A stretch of DNA of 64,000 nt from Mobula hypostoma (GCF_963921235.1 NC_086097.1:79176001-79240000), one strand, 5' to 3'; shown: positions 12,148 to 23,904, counted from the first letter of the stretch. Notes: a model not told the origin generated them from the sequence alone. Numbers and translations are program-made.

Positions 12148-13862
12148 AAGGTTGCAGAAGGACTTAAGACAGATTAGGAGAATGGGCAAGAAAATAGCAA
12201 ATGAAATACAATGTTGGAAAATGCAAGGTCATGCACTTTGGTAGAAGAAATAAGTGTGCAGAATATTTTCTAAAAGGGGAGAAAATCCAAAGATCTGAGA
12301 TGTAAAGGGACTTGGGAATCCTTGTGCAGAACACCCTAAAGGTTAACTTGCAAGTTGAGTCAATGAGGAAGGCAAATGCAATCATTTCAAGAGGTCTAGA
12401 ACGTAAGAGCAGGGCTGTGATGCTGAGGTTTTATAAGGCACTAGTGAGGCCTGTTACGAGAATACACATAAAATTAAGATGTTTGCTGGCCTGGGCTAGC
12501 ATCAGTGGCATCAGCAGTTGGTCTGCCACCTGCCCTCAGGGGAAGGAGAGATAAGGAACAATGGAGCAGCGTCTGGAGATGTGTAATGAAGGGATGTGGG
12601 AGGGAGAGCTGTCTGGAGCGGCTCCCCCCCTTTGAACCCTGAACTGTTTGAAGTGATGGACAGGCGATACCCCAGCAGGGGGATAAAAAGGGACAGGTTC
12701 GCTAAGACGGACACACACGCCACCCGAGGTAACGAGACCCTGGAAGCGGTACGCTTCTCACGAGTGGGTGAGAAGTACCAGACAACGACCAGGGTGGAAA
12801 GGTACGATCAGCGGGAACCCGGTGTGTGTCCGCCCTTGCCTGGGTGCCGGGTTCACTGCAGAGGATCGACCGCATCTGGAGGAGGGGTCACAGTCGGTGA
12901 CCCCAGGTGACATCACCAAGGACCCGCCCAAATGCTGTTTGTGAGCCATCTCGCTGGTCTGTGAGTGAAGCTGTGCTGAATGATGAGTTGTTCCTATTCT
13001 ATGTCTCTCTTCCCCACCTTGTCCATCGCCATGACAACGATTACTGCGAACTGAACTACAAACTGGACTGAACTTTGAGTCATTTTGAAATTGGTCATTT
13101 ACCCCTAGACAACGATAGAGCTTGATTGATGCGGTTATCTTAATTCTGTGCACATGTGCGTTTATCATCGCTGAACTGTTGCATTTATTATCCTTTCGAT
13201 TAATGTGTTGCTTGTTTCTTTAATAAAACTTTCTTAGTTCTAGTACTCCAGACTCCAACTGAGTGATCCATTTCTGCTGGTTTGGCAACCCAGTTACGGG
13301 GTACGTAACAGGCCTCACCTTGGGTATTGTGAATAGTTTAGGGCTACCTTATTGAAGAAAAGATGTGCTGGCATTGGAGAGAATACCAAGGAGGTATACA
13401 AGAATGATTCTGGGTTATCATCTGAGGAAAGTTTGATGGCTCTGGCCCTGTACATGCTGCAGTTTAGAAAGATGAGAGGGGATCTCATTGAAACCTTTTG
13501 AATGATGAAAGGCCTAGACAGAGTAGATGTGGAAAGGATGATTCCCATGGTGAGGGGGTCTAGGACAAGAGGGCACAGCCTCAGGATAGAGGGGTGTCCA
13601 TTTAAAATAGAGATTCAGAAAAATTTCTTTAGACAGACGATAGTGAATTTATGGAATTTGTTATCACAGGCAGCTGTGAAGGCCAGGTCATTGGGTGTAT
13701 TTTAAGGTGGAGAATTATAGGTTCTTGATTGGCCACGGCATCAAAGGTTATGGGGAGTGGGGCTGAGGAGGGGAAAAAAGGATCAGCTATGATTGAATGG
13801 TGGAGCAGACTCAATGGGTCAAACGACCTAATTCTGCTCCTTTGTCTTATGGTCTCATGGTT
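12148..13862 (+). mobile_element. CR1 LINE 3' fragment interrupted by a solo LTR
   Basis: LRFYKALVRP | LTR | HLGYC.. continuity; RTRGHSLRIEGCPFK; tail ttatggtctcatgg. Confidence 0.85.
12452..13310 (+). mobile_element. Solo LTR (859 bp), LTR-retrotransposon type
   Basis: Ends TGTTACG...CGTAACA (7-bp inverted repeat); 4-bp target duplication GGCC (12448-12451, 13311-13314); GATAAAA TATA-like ~12682; AATAAA 13222-13227. Confidence 0.9.
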
Positions 13863-13869
13863 TTGTGTG

Positions 13870-15100
13870 TATTAAGTCATATCTTACCAATTTTATACAT
13901 TTTTTGAGGAGATTACTAGGAAAGTTGATGAAGGAAAGGTAGCGGATTTTGTCAATGTGGATTTTAGCAATGCTTTTGATGAGGCCTTGGGAGGTTAGTC
14001 AAGAAGGTTCTGTCACTTGGCATTTAGGAGGAGGTAGTAAGTTGGATTCGACATTGGCTTCATGGGAGAAGTCAGAGAGTGGTAGTAGATAGTTGCCTCT
14101 CTGACTGAAGGCCTGTAACTAGTGGAATGCTGCAGGGATCAGTGCTTGGTGTTGGTTGTCATCTATATCAAAGATCTGACTGATAATCTGGTAAACTAGA
14201 TTTGCGGGAGTGACACAAAAATTGGGAGTGTAGCGGACAGCAATGAAGGCTATCTTAGCTTGCAGCAGGATCTAGACCAGCTGAAAAAAATGGGCTAAAA
14301 AATGGAAATGGAATTTAATGCAGACAAGTGTGAGATGTTGCACTTTGGGAGGACAAACCAGGTTAGGACTTACACAGAGAACAATGGGGGGCACTGAGGA
14401 GTGTGGTGGAATGGAGGGATCTGGGAATATGCTGTAGATCTATAAATTCTTGAAATTGGCATGACAGGCACTATAAATAGGGTCATAAAAAGAGCTTTTG
14501 GAACATTGGCTTTCATAGATCAAAGTATTGAGTACAGGAGTTGGGATGTTATGTTGAAGTTGTATAAGACATAGATGAGCCCTAATTTGGAGTATTGTGT
14601 GTAGTTCTGGTTACCTACCTACAGCAAAGATATCAATATGATTAAAAGAGTACAGAGAAAGTTTACAAGAATGTTGTCAGGTCTTGAGGCTCTGAATTCT
14701 AGGGAAAAGTCGAATAGGTTCGGACTTCACTCCCTGGAGCGTAGGAAAATGAGAGGAGATTTTATAGAGGTATACAAAATTATAGGGGGTATATAGGGAG
14801 AATGCAAGAAGGTTTTTTTTCATGGAGGTTGATGAGACTAGAACTGAGGGTTATGGGTTAAGGGTGAAATGTTTAAGGTGAACATGAGGGGGGACTTCTT
14901 CACTCAGAGGGTGGTGAGAGTGTGGATCAAACTGCTAGCAGAAGTGGTAGATGTGGGTTTGATTTCAATGTTCAAGAGAGGCTTGGGTAAGTACATTGCT
15001 GGGAGGGGCATGGATGGCTATGGTCCAGGTATGAATCGGTGGGACCAGGCAGAATAACAGGCTGGTGCAGATGAGCCATTTCTGTTTCCGTGCTGTAGTA
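13870..15100 (+). mobile_element. Decayed CR1 LINE RT and 3' end
   Basis: FFEEITRKVDEG..DFSNAFD; MRGDFFTQRVVRVW; same family as the copy at 20165-24097. Confidence 0.85.
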
Positions 15101-15319
15101 ATCTAAAAGCTACTGAATGGATCTGCAAGCCTGACATTCCACTTTAAAATGCCGCTCAAATAGCTGTACTGGAGAAGTCAGTTAATTCCTTGCAGTATGA
15201 GCCAGTGACATAAACTATGCAGAGATGCTTCATTATTTCTGAATCTTGTGGGGTTTTTTTGGTGCTCATTGGTGCACATTGGATTACCTCGGCCATGTTT
15301 GCCCGTTCCAGGTAAAAGC

Positions 15320-16545
15320 TGCAACGGGGAGACCAGAGACATCAGAGATCAGTGATAATATCTCCTCCTTGCTGACAATCAACACAGGCACACCCCAAGG
15401 ATGTGTACTTAGGCCACTGCTCCACCTCTCTTAACACTCATGACTGTGGCTAAGCACACCATCAACAAATTCACAAATGACACAACTGTTGTCGTTAGAA
15501 ACTCAGATGACAACGAAGAGGTGTACAGAGGTGAGAGGTCAGCTGGTTGAGCGGTGCCACACAAACAACTCCGCACTCAGTGTCAGCAAGACCAAGGAAT
15601 TGAACGTGAACTTCAGGGAGTCAGGAAAACACACACGCAGTCCTCATTGAGGTGTCAGCAGTGGAAAGGGTGAGCAGCTTCAAGATCCTAGGCATCAATG
15701 TCTTGGAGGGTCAATCCTGGGCCCGACTCCTTGGTGCAATCACTAAGAAAGCACACCAGGGGCTCTACTTTGTTAGGAGTTTGAGGAGATTTGGTATGTC
15801 ACCAAAGACTCTTGCACATTTGTACAGATACTGTATATGGTGGCAGCATTCCAACTGGTTTCACTGCAGCGTGGAATGGAGGTTCCAATGCACAGGATCA
15901 CAAGAGGAGCAGACCCAGTCAGCTCCATCACTGGCAAAATCCTTCCCATCACTCAGGATATTTTCAAGAGGCGGTGCCTCAAGAAGGCAGCTTCCACCAT
16001 TAAGGACTCATACCATCTGGGACATGGCATCTTCTCGTTACTACTATCAGGGACGAGATACAGGATTCTGAAGACCTGCACTCAATGATTTAAGAACACT
16101 GTCTTCTCCTCTGCCACCAGATTTCTGAATGCTCCATGGACCCATGAACGTTATCTCACGATTCCATTTTTGGCACATTTATTTATTTTGTGGACCCAGT
16201 TGGTAGTGCAGTGGCATCAGCATCGGACTTCGGGACAAAAGGTCCTGAGTTCCAATCCAACTTTCCATCCGTGCAGGGTTACGAGCTGGTGATCTCTTTG
16301 GAAACTCACCCGGCAGAAGGCAATGGCAAACCACTGCTGTTACTTGCCTCATACACGGTTCCCCACTACATCAGAGAGGCGTGGAGGGAAATCACCCACT
16401 AACCGGAGAAACTCCAGACGCGACGTACCTTTCCTTTATTTATTTTGTAATTTTCTGTAACTTTTATGTCATTGCACTGTACTGCCGCCATAAAACAATA
16501 CATTTTTTATCATTCAGTCAGTGATAATGAACCTGATTCTGGGTA
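15320..16545 (+). mobile_element. Decayed L2/Rex-type LINE 3' part containing a SINE insertion
   Basis: TINTGTPQGCVLRPLL; VERVSSFKILGI; KKAHQGLYFVRSLRRFG; gataatgaacctgattct tail. Confidence 0.75.
16192..16434 (+). mobile_element. tRNA-derived SINE with 14-bp TSD
   Basis: A-box-like TGGTAGTGCAGTGG, B-box-like GAGTTCCAATCC; flanked by tttatttattttgt (16178-16191, 16435-16448). Confidence 0.75.
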
Positions 16546-17559
16546 CAGTCCAAAACTGTGGCTGTTGCAACAATGGGAAAAAACATTGCTACCCAATATT
16601 CAGGTTCTGAAGGATCGTTCTACACTATATGTAAACAACATGTTAGTGTTACTAATTAGTATGTAAATTTGCTTCAATGAGAATGTGAAATAAATTTGGG
16701 GGCAAGAGGCAATTTGGATTAGAGCAACACACATAAAAATGCAGCAGGCCAGGCAGCATCTATCGGAAGAGGTATAGTCGACGTTTCGGGACGAGACCCT
16801 TCGTCAGGATTGGATTAGAATTTGTTCTTCATCAGAAGGATTAATTTATCATTTGGACCAGTTTCCCTTTACTGTAAAAGTAGAAAGTTAGTTTTGTTAT
16901 ATGATACCACAGATACTTTGACCAGACTCTTGGTCAAAATAAAACTGTGCTAGTGATTCATACTAAACTCCACCCTAACAAGAAGGCAAACATGACCCAG
17001 GCTGTTGAAGGCAATTAATCAGCTCTGTACTTGTCTGGAAATAACCCATAACCATTTTTGGGCATGCACTGTGTATGTAATCACATTTAAATTATAGCAT
17101 TATCTACTGGCTAGTCACAACAAGCATACAACACATTCTTTTTGGTTTTGAAATCAGGCAATCATGTGACAGGATGCTTGATCTGCAACAATTACAGAAC
17201 TAGCCAGGTAAAGGCAATTGCCTCTCCACTGTTGCATTCCTGAGAGCCCTTTTTAATTGCAGTCTATTGTGGTTCAGACAAAAGAAGCAATCAATATGAG
17301 TTCATGAGTTTGGTTTCCTGCACTGGGTAACTGTTTTAGTTACACAAACGTGAGAGAACCTGCTGATGCTGGAGATCCAAAGCAATACACTCAAAATGCT
17401 GGAGGAACTCAGCAAGTCAGGCAGCATCGATGGAAAAGAATAAACAGTCAACATTTCGGGACTCAGCCCAAAACATCGACTGTTTACTCTTTTCCATAGA
17501 TGCTGCCTGGCCTGCTGAGTTCATCCAGTATTTTGTGTGTGTAACTATTTTAGTTACTA

Positions 17560-18408
17560 CAGGCTGAGCACCCCTTATCCGAAATTCTAAAATCTGAAAA
17601 CCTCCGAAATCGAAAATGTTTTTGAGTGTTGACATGATGGAAAATTCTACAAGGCGCTAGGAAGGTTCCCTGGCAATGCACGGGTCTCTCTGCGCTGCAG
17701 ACAGTTCTGAGCAGTAAACTCATATATGTAATGAACAGAGTTAATGAAAAATAGAAAAACACTGCATAAAGCTAAAAAAGAAGCTTACAGAGTGCATTGA
17801 TAGAGTGGATTTGTCAGTGTCAGAGTGAATCGCTTAACCGTTTGCAGATCATGAAACAAGCAAAGATCTATCACAACAAACTGAAAATTAAAGTTAATTA
17901 TGAATATTCTGCAGACAAGTTGCAGAAATTTAAGAAAAGGCACAGCATTAAATTTTTAAAGGTTTGTGGTGATAAATCACGAATCACAAAGCAACAGAGG
18001 AATTTATTGACGAAAAGCTTGCATGGTGAACAGCTGTATCAGTACTTATGTATGAAAGACAAAGACTGCTTACCAGGAGCACCTAAATTCAGAGTCAGGA
18101 ATGATGGCGATGCCAAAGAGCCACTGATTATCCACCTGGGCAGCCGAGGTAGTGATAGCTTACCTTTCCGATGGTTCAATGTACACATTATTGTTTCTTG
18201 CACAAAATTATTGAAGTATTATATAAAACTACCTTCAGGGTATTTGTATAAGTGTATATGTAATGTAAATGGATTTTATGTTTAGACTTGGGTCCCATTC
18301 CCAAGGTATCTCATTATATAGATGCAAATATTCCAAAATCTCAAAAAAATCCAAAATCTGATACACCCTCCTGGCACCAAACATTTCAGATAAGGGGTGC
18401 TCGACCTG
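17560..18408 (+). mobile_element. Internally deleted pogo/Tigger (Tigger4/Zombi-like) DNA transposon
   Basis: TIRs CAGGCTGAGCACCCCTTATCCGAAAT / ATTTCAGATAAGGGGTGCTCGACCTG; TA on both sides; CENP-B-type HTH fragment IMKQAKIYHNKLKI..YEYS..LQKFKKRHSIKFLKVCGDK. Confidence 0.88.
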
Positions 18409-18514
18409 TAGTTGCTAGCTATTATTATTATTATTAATTTAGCTGGTATTTTTGCACCACTTTTAGAAAAAACTATATTGCTCAAATATGTAATAATGTT
18501 ACTACACACCTTAT

Positions 18515-18800
18515 TGCCGCACCACAGTAGCGTGATGCCATTATGGCTCAGGGCTGATGGAGTTTAGTGTTCAATCCCAATGTCCTCTGTAAGGAGTGTG
18601 CACGTCCTCCCCATGGAATGTGCAGGCTTCCTCTGGGTGTTCCAGTTTCCTTCACAGTCCAGAGACGTACCAGCTCGTAGGCTAATTGATCATTGTAAAC
18701 TGAACCATGATTAGGCTAGGGTTAAATCATGGGACCCTGGCGGCACCACTCGGAGCACTGGAAGGGCCTGTTCCATCCTTTATCTCTAAATAAATAAATT
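18515..18800 (+). mobile_element. V-SINE/HE1-like SINE (related minus-strand copies ~19670-19900, ~41000-41200, ~45770-46045)
   Basis: tRNA-like head, gtaaggagtgtgcacgtcctccccatgg core, CR1-like tail ending (taaa)n. Confidence 0.6.
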
Positions 18801-20170
18801 ACTAGATGTCCTAGTTAAGCACTTCAGAAGTATAATCATTGCTGCAGAAAACAAGGGAGCCAAAGCAAAACTCACAACATGCTGGGGGAACTCAGCAGGT
18901 CGGGCAGCATCCGTGGAAACGATGAGTCGATGTTTTGGGCTGGAACCTTCGTCAGGTCCTGACCCTATGTCCTGACCTATGTTCCGGCCCGAAACATCAA
19001 CTGATCTTTTTCCACGCATGCTGCCCAACCTGCTGAGTTCCTCCAGTGTGTTGTGAGTGTTGCTTTGACCCCAGCATCTGCAGAGTATTTTGTGTTTAAC
19101 AAGGGAGCCAAATTGGACCCATCAAGCACATACAATTGCAACATGCTAATGATTTTTTTACAATTGAGTGATATATGTTCACGACTCCACCAGGGCAGCA
19201 CAATTATTTGTCCTCAAGAAGCTATTTTGGTACGTTTCAGGACATCCTGAAAAAAAGTCTTGGGTGTGTTCATTTAACCTCTTAAAAAATGGTCATAGTT
19301 CCACCAACGTAGAACTACCTTGATATTGCACCGGAGCGGAGTTTTGAAGTTTAAATTTTAGTAAATCCCATGTACCTGGCGTGGGGCTTGAACTAACAGG
19401 GCAGTAAACCACAGCTAATAACAACATATCTTCAATAAATGAGAAATAAATGTGGCAATACTCTTACAACACTGATCCACCTCTGTCCTTTCTATTTTTA
19501 CATGTAGTATCAAATAATTTTACCTTGGATTTCTTTTCTATATTCAGTTTCTCCTTTGCCTCCCAAAGACATTGACACAATTTGGAATATAGTTGCATAA
19601 ACACACAACCTCTGGCATCTTAAACATTATCCAGTTATCATTTTGAAAGTGAGCAGTAGAGTATTTCAGTGCAGAAACAGGCCCTTCAGCCCTTCAACTC
19701 TGTACTTACCTTCAACCATTTTTTTTAACCAGACCCACTTATTCAACCCATACTTCCAAGACCTCCCTCTTGATTCAGCTACACTCTAGGGGAAATTTAT
19801 AGTTGCCAATTAACCTGCTGACCTGCATTCTTCAGGCTGTGAGAAGAATGCTCAGTACCCAGAGGAAACCATGTGATCACAGAGAATGTGCATATTCCAC
19901 ACTGACTATTGCAACATACAATGTTTCTGTCTTCTATTCCAGTAATGGCCACGTGCGAACCTGCTAAAGGGGTAACTAGACAGAGCTCTTGGTTATCCAA
20001 TTATTACCTGAACTAAGATCATCAATTCTAACTAAACTGCTGGTGAGATACTGACATTCATGTTCCTGCGTCCATGTGATGATGGGAAGTTAATTTTTAT
20101 CTGAACTCATTTGTAGACTAGAGAAGCTTTCAGAACTTGATGTGGGGAAAATATCTTTAACTTTAACAGG

Positions 20171-21094
20171 ATGTTGGAATGCTCCTCTTGCAGGATGTGG
20201 AAAGTCAGGGAGCCCTCCGGTGTCCCTGACAACGACACCTGCAAGAAGTGCATCCAGCTGCAGCTCCTGACAAACCGCGTTAGGGAGCTGGAGCAGGAGC
20301 TGGATGACCTGCGGATCATTCGGGAGAATGAGGAGATTATAGATCGTAGCTACAGGGAGGTAGTTACGCCAAAGGAGCAGAGGACAGGAAATTGGGTCAC
20401 TGTCAGGCGAGGGAAGGGGAAAGGGCAGGCAGAGCAGGGTTCCCCTGTGGCCATTCACCTCAACAACAAGTATACCGCATTGGATACTGTTGGGGGGGAT
20501 GACTTACCTGGGACTAGCTGCAGTAGCCGGATCTCTGGCACTGGGTCTGGCTCTGCAGTGCAGAAGGGAGGGTGGAAAAAGAGGAGAGCGGTAGTGATAG
20601 GGGACTCGATAGTTAGAGGTGCAGATAGGAGGTTCTGTGGTCGTGACAGAGAATCCAGGATGGTTTGTTGCCTCCCGGGTGCCAGGGTCAAGGATGTCTC
20701 TGATCGATTGCATGACATTCTGAAGTGGGAAGGTGATCAGCCAGATGTCGTGGTGCACATCGGTACCAATGACATAGCAAGGAAGAGTGAAGAGGTCCTG
20801 GACAGTGAGTATAGAGAGCTTGGTAGGAAGTTGAAAAGCAGGACCTCGAGGGTGGTAATCTCAAGATTGCTACCTGTGCTAGGTGCCAGTGAGGGTAGGA
20901 ATAGGATGCTCTGGAGGATGAACAAGTGGCTGAGGAACTGCTGTAGGGAGCAGGGATTCAGATTTCAGGATAATTGGGACCTCTTCTGGGGCAGGTGGGA
21001 CCTGTACAAGAGAGACGGGTTACACTTGAACTACAGGGGGACCAATATCCTTTCAGGGAGGTTTGTTAGTGCTATTGGGGAGGCTTTAAACTAG
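20171..21094 (+). CDS. CR1 ORF1p: zinc finger/coiled coil plus SGNH esterase domain
   Basis: CSSC..CKKC, coiled coil, VIGDSIVR, HIGTND, DGLHLN; 307 aa open. Confidence 0.9.
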   Translation: MLECSSCRMWKVREPSGVPDNDTCKKCIQLQLLTNRVRELEQELDDLRIIRENEEIIDRSYREVVTPKEQRTGNWVTVRRGKGKGQAEQGSPVAIHLNNKYTALDTVGGDDLPGTSCSSRISGTGSGSAVQKGGWKKRRAVVIGDSIVRGADRRFCGRDRESRMVCCLPGARVKDVSDRLHDILKWEGDQPDVVVHIGTNDIARKSEEVLDSEYRELGRKLKSRTSRVVISRLLPVLGASEGRNRMLWRMNKWLRNCCREQGFRFQDNWDLFWGRWDLYKRDGLHLNYRGTNILSGRFVSAIGEALN

Positions 21095-21096
21095 AT

Positions 21097-23904
21097 TTGC
21101 AGGGGGATGGGAACCAGAGTGCCAGAGCTGACAGTGTGGCTGGGGTGAAAATAAATGATGTTAAAAGTTCAAGCAAATCCGCTAATAGAAAGGTTGTGAA
21201 TGGTGGTAAAAATCTTCTGAGGTGTATATACTTCAATGCTAGGAGTATTGCGGGGAAGGCGGATGAGTTGAGGGCGTGGATTGACATGTGGAATTATGAC
21301 GTTATAGCAATTAGTGAAACTTGGCTACAGGAGGGACAGGACCAGCAGATTCCAGGGTTCCGATGTTTCCGATGTGATCGAGGCAGAGGAATGAAAGGTG
21401 GGGGAGTAGCATTGCTTGTTAGGGAAAATATTACAGCAGTGCTCAGGCAGGACAGGTTAGAGGGCTTGTCTACTGAGTCCTTATGGGTGGAGCTGAAAAA
21501 CAGGAAAGGTATGGCCACATTAGTGGGATTGTATTACAGACCACCCAATAGTCAACGAGAATTGGAAGAGCAAATCTGCAGGGAAATAGCAAGCAACTGC
21601 AGGAAACATAAAGTTGTGGTGGTAGGGGATTTTAATTTTCCATATATTGATTGGGACTCCCATACTGTTAGGGGTCTAGATGGTTTAGAGTTTGTAAAAT
21701 GTGTTCAGGAAAGTTTTCTAAATCAATATATAGAGATACCAACTAGCGGGGATGCAATATTGGATCTCCTGTTAGGAAACGAGTTAGGACAAGTGACTGA
21801 AGTCTGTGTAGGGGAGCACTTTGGTTCCAGTGATCATAACACCATTAGTTTCAACTTGATCATGGACAAGGATAGATCTAGTCCTAGGGTTGAGGTTCTT
21901 AACTGGAAGAAGGCCAAATTTGAAGAAATGAGAAAGGATCTAAAAAGCGTGGATTGGGACAGGTTGTTCTCTGGCAAGGATGTGATCGGTAGGTGGGAAG
22001 CCTTCAAAGGAGAAATTTTGAGAGTGCAGAATTTGTATGTTCCTGTCAGGGTTAAAGGCAAAGTGAATAGGAATAAGGAACCTTGGTTCTCAAGGGATAT
22101 TGCAACTCTGATAAAGAAAAAGAGGGAGTTGTATGACATGTATAGGAAGCAGGGAGTAAATAAGGTGCTTGAGGAGTATAAGAAGTGCAAGAAAATACTT
22201 AAGAAAGAAATCAGGAGGGCTAAAAGAAGACATGAGGTTGCCTTGGCAGTCAAAGTGAAGGATAATCCAAAGAGCTTTTACAAGTATATTAAGAGCAAAA
22301 GGATTGTAAGGGATAAAATTGGTCCTCTTGAAGATCAGAGTGGTCGCCTATGTGCGGAACCAAAGGAAATGGGGGAGATCTTAAATAGGTTTTTTGCATC
22401 TGTATTTACTAAGGAAACTGGCATGAAGTCTGTGGAATTAAGGGAAACAAGTAGTGAGATCATGGAAACTGTACAGATCGAAAAGGAGGAAGTCCTTGCT
22501 GTCTTGAGGAAAATTAAAGTGGATAAATCCCTGGGACCTGACAGGGTGTTCCCTCGGACCTTGAAGGAGACTGGTGTTGAAATTGCAGGGACCCTGGCAG
22601 AAATATTTAAAATGTCGCTGTCTACAGGTGAGGTGCCGGAGGATTGGAGAGTGGCTCATGTTGTTCCGTTGTTTAAAAAAGGATCGAAAAGTAATCCGGG
22701 AAATTATAGGCTGGTAAATTTAACGTCGGTAGTAGGTAAGTTATTGGAGGGAGTACTCAGAGACAGAATCTACAAGCATTTGGATAGACAGGGACTTATT
22801 AGGGAGAGTCAACATGGCTTTGTGCGTGGCAGGTCATGTTTGACCAATCTATTGGAGTTTTTTGAGGAGGTTACCAGGAAAGTGGATGAAGGGAAGGCAG
22901 TGGATATTGTCTACATGGACTTCAGTAAGGCCTTTGACAAGGTCCCGCATGGGAGGTTAGTTAGGAAAATTCAGTCGCTAGGTATACATGGAGAGGTGGT
23001 AAATTGGATCAGACATTGGCTCAATGGAAGAAGTCGAAGAGTGGTAGTAGAGAATTGCTACTCCGAGTGGAGGCCTGTGACTAGTGGTGTGCCACAGGGA
23101 TCAGTGCTGGGTCCATTGTTATTTGTCATCTATATCAATGATCTGGATGATAAGGTGGTAAATTGGATCAGCAAGTTTGCTGATGATACAAAGATTGGAG
23201 GTGTAGTAGACAGCGAGGAAGGTTTTCAGAACCTGCAGAGGGACTTGGACCAGCTGGAAAAATGGGCTGAAAAATGGCAGATGGAGTTTAATGCAGACAA
23301 GTGTGAGGTTTTGCACGTTGGAAGGACAAACCAAGGTAGAACATACAGGGTAAGGCATGGTAAGGCACTGAAGAGTGCAGTGGAACAGAGGGATCTGGGA
23401 ATACAGATACAAAATTCCCTAAAAGTGGCATCACAGGTAGATAGGGTCGTAAAGAGAGCTTTTGGTACATGGGCCTTTATTAATCAAAGTATTGAGTATA
23501 AGAGCTGGAATGTTATGATGAGGTTGTATAAGGCATTGGTGAGGCCGAATCTGGAGTATTGTGTTCAGTTTTGGTCACCAAATTACAGGAAGGATATAAA
23601 TAAGGTTGAAAGAGTGCAGAGAAGGTTTACAAGGTTGTTGCCGGGACTTGAGAAACTCAGTTACAGAGAAAGGTTGAATAGGTTAGGACTTTATTCCCTG
23701 GAGCGTAGAAGAATGAGGGGAGATTTGATAGAAGTATATAAAATTATGATGGGTATAGATAGAGTGAATGCAAGCAGGCTTTTTCCACTGAGGCAAGGGG
23801 AGCAAAAAACCAGAGGACATGGGTTTAGGGTGAAGGGGGAAAAGTTTAAAGGGAACATTAGGAGGGGGCTTCTTCACACAGAGAGCGGTGGGAGTATGGA
23901 ATGA
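21097..23904 (+). CDS. CR1 ORF2p: APE endonuclease plus reverse transcriptase (no AUG start; late frameshift ~23865)
   Basis: NARS, SETW, YYRPP, GDFN, SDHN; DFSKAFD, GVPQGSVLGP, KFADD; 935 codons open. Confidence 0.93.
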   Translation: MQGDGNQSARADSVAGVKINDVKSSSKSANRKVVNGGKNLLRCIYFNARSIAGKADELRAWIDMWNYDVIAISETWLQEGQDQQIPGFRCFRCDRGRGMKGGGVALLVRENITAVLRQDRLEGLSTESLWVELKNRKGMATLVGLYYRPPNSQRELEEQICREIASNCRKHKVVVVGDFNFPYIDWDSHTVRGLDGLEFVKCVQESFLNQYIEIPTSGDAILDLLLGNELGQVTEVCVGEHFGSSDHNTISFNLIMDKDRSSPRVEVLNWKKAKFEEMRKDLKSVDWDRLFSGKDVIGRWEAFKGEILRVQNLYVPVRVKGKVNRNKEPWFSRDIATLIKKKRELYDMYRKQGVNKVLEEYKKCKKILKKEIRRAKRRHEVALAVKVKDNPKSFYKYIKSKRIVRDKIGPLEDQSGRLCAEPKEMGEILNRFFASVFTKETGMKSVELRETSSEIMETVQIEKEEVLAVLRKIKVDKSLGPDRVFPRTLKETGVEIAGTLAEIFKMSLSTGEVPEDWRVAHVVPLFKKGSKSNPGNYRLVNLTSVVGKLLEGVLRDRIYKHLDRQGLIRESQHGFVRGRSCLTNLLEFFEEVTRKVDEGKAVDIVYMDFSKAFDKVPHGRLVRKIQSLGIHGEVVNWIRHWLNGRSRRVVVENCYSEWRPVTSGVPQGSVLGPLLFVIYINDLDDKVVNWISKFADDTKIGGVVDSEEGFQNLQRDLDQLEKWAEKWQMEFNADKCEVLHVGRTNQGRTYRVRHGKALKSAVEQRDLGIQIQNSLKVASQVDRVVKRAFGTWAFINQSIEYKSWNVMMRLYKALVRPNLEYCVQFWSPNYRKDINKVERVQRRFTRLLPGLEKLSYRERLNRLGLYSLERRRMRGDLIEVYKIMMGIDRVNASRLFPLRQGEQKTRGHGFRVKGEKFKGNIRRGLLHTESGGSME

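Noticed and set aside
12511..13168. Several 60-136 aa ORFs
   Set aside because: They lie inside the solo LTR and have no recognisable protein motifs.
16192..16265. tRNA gene
   Set aside because: No complete cloverleaf. It is the head of a TSD-flanked SINE.
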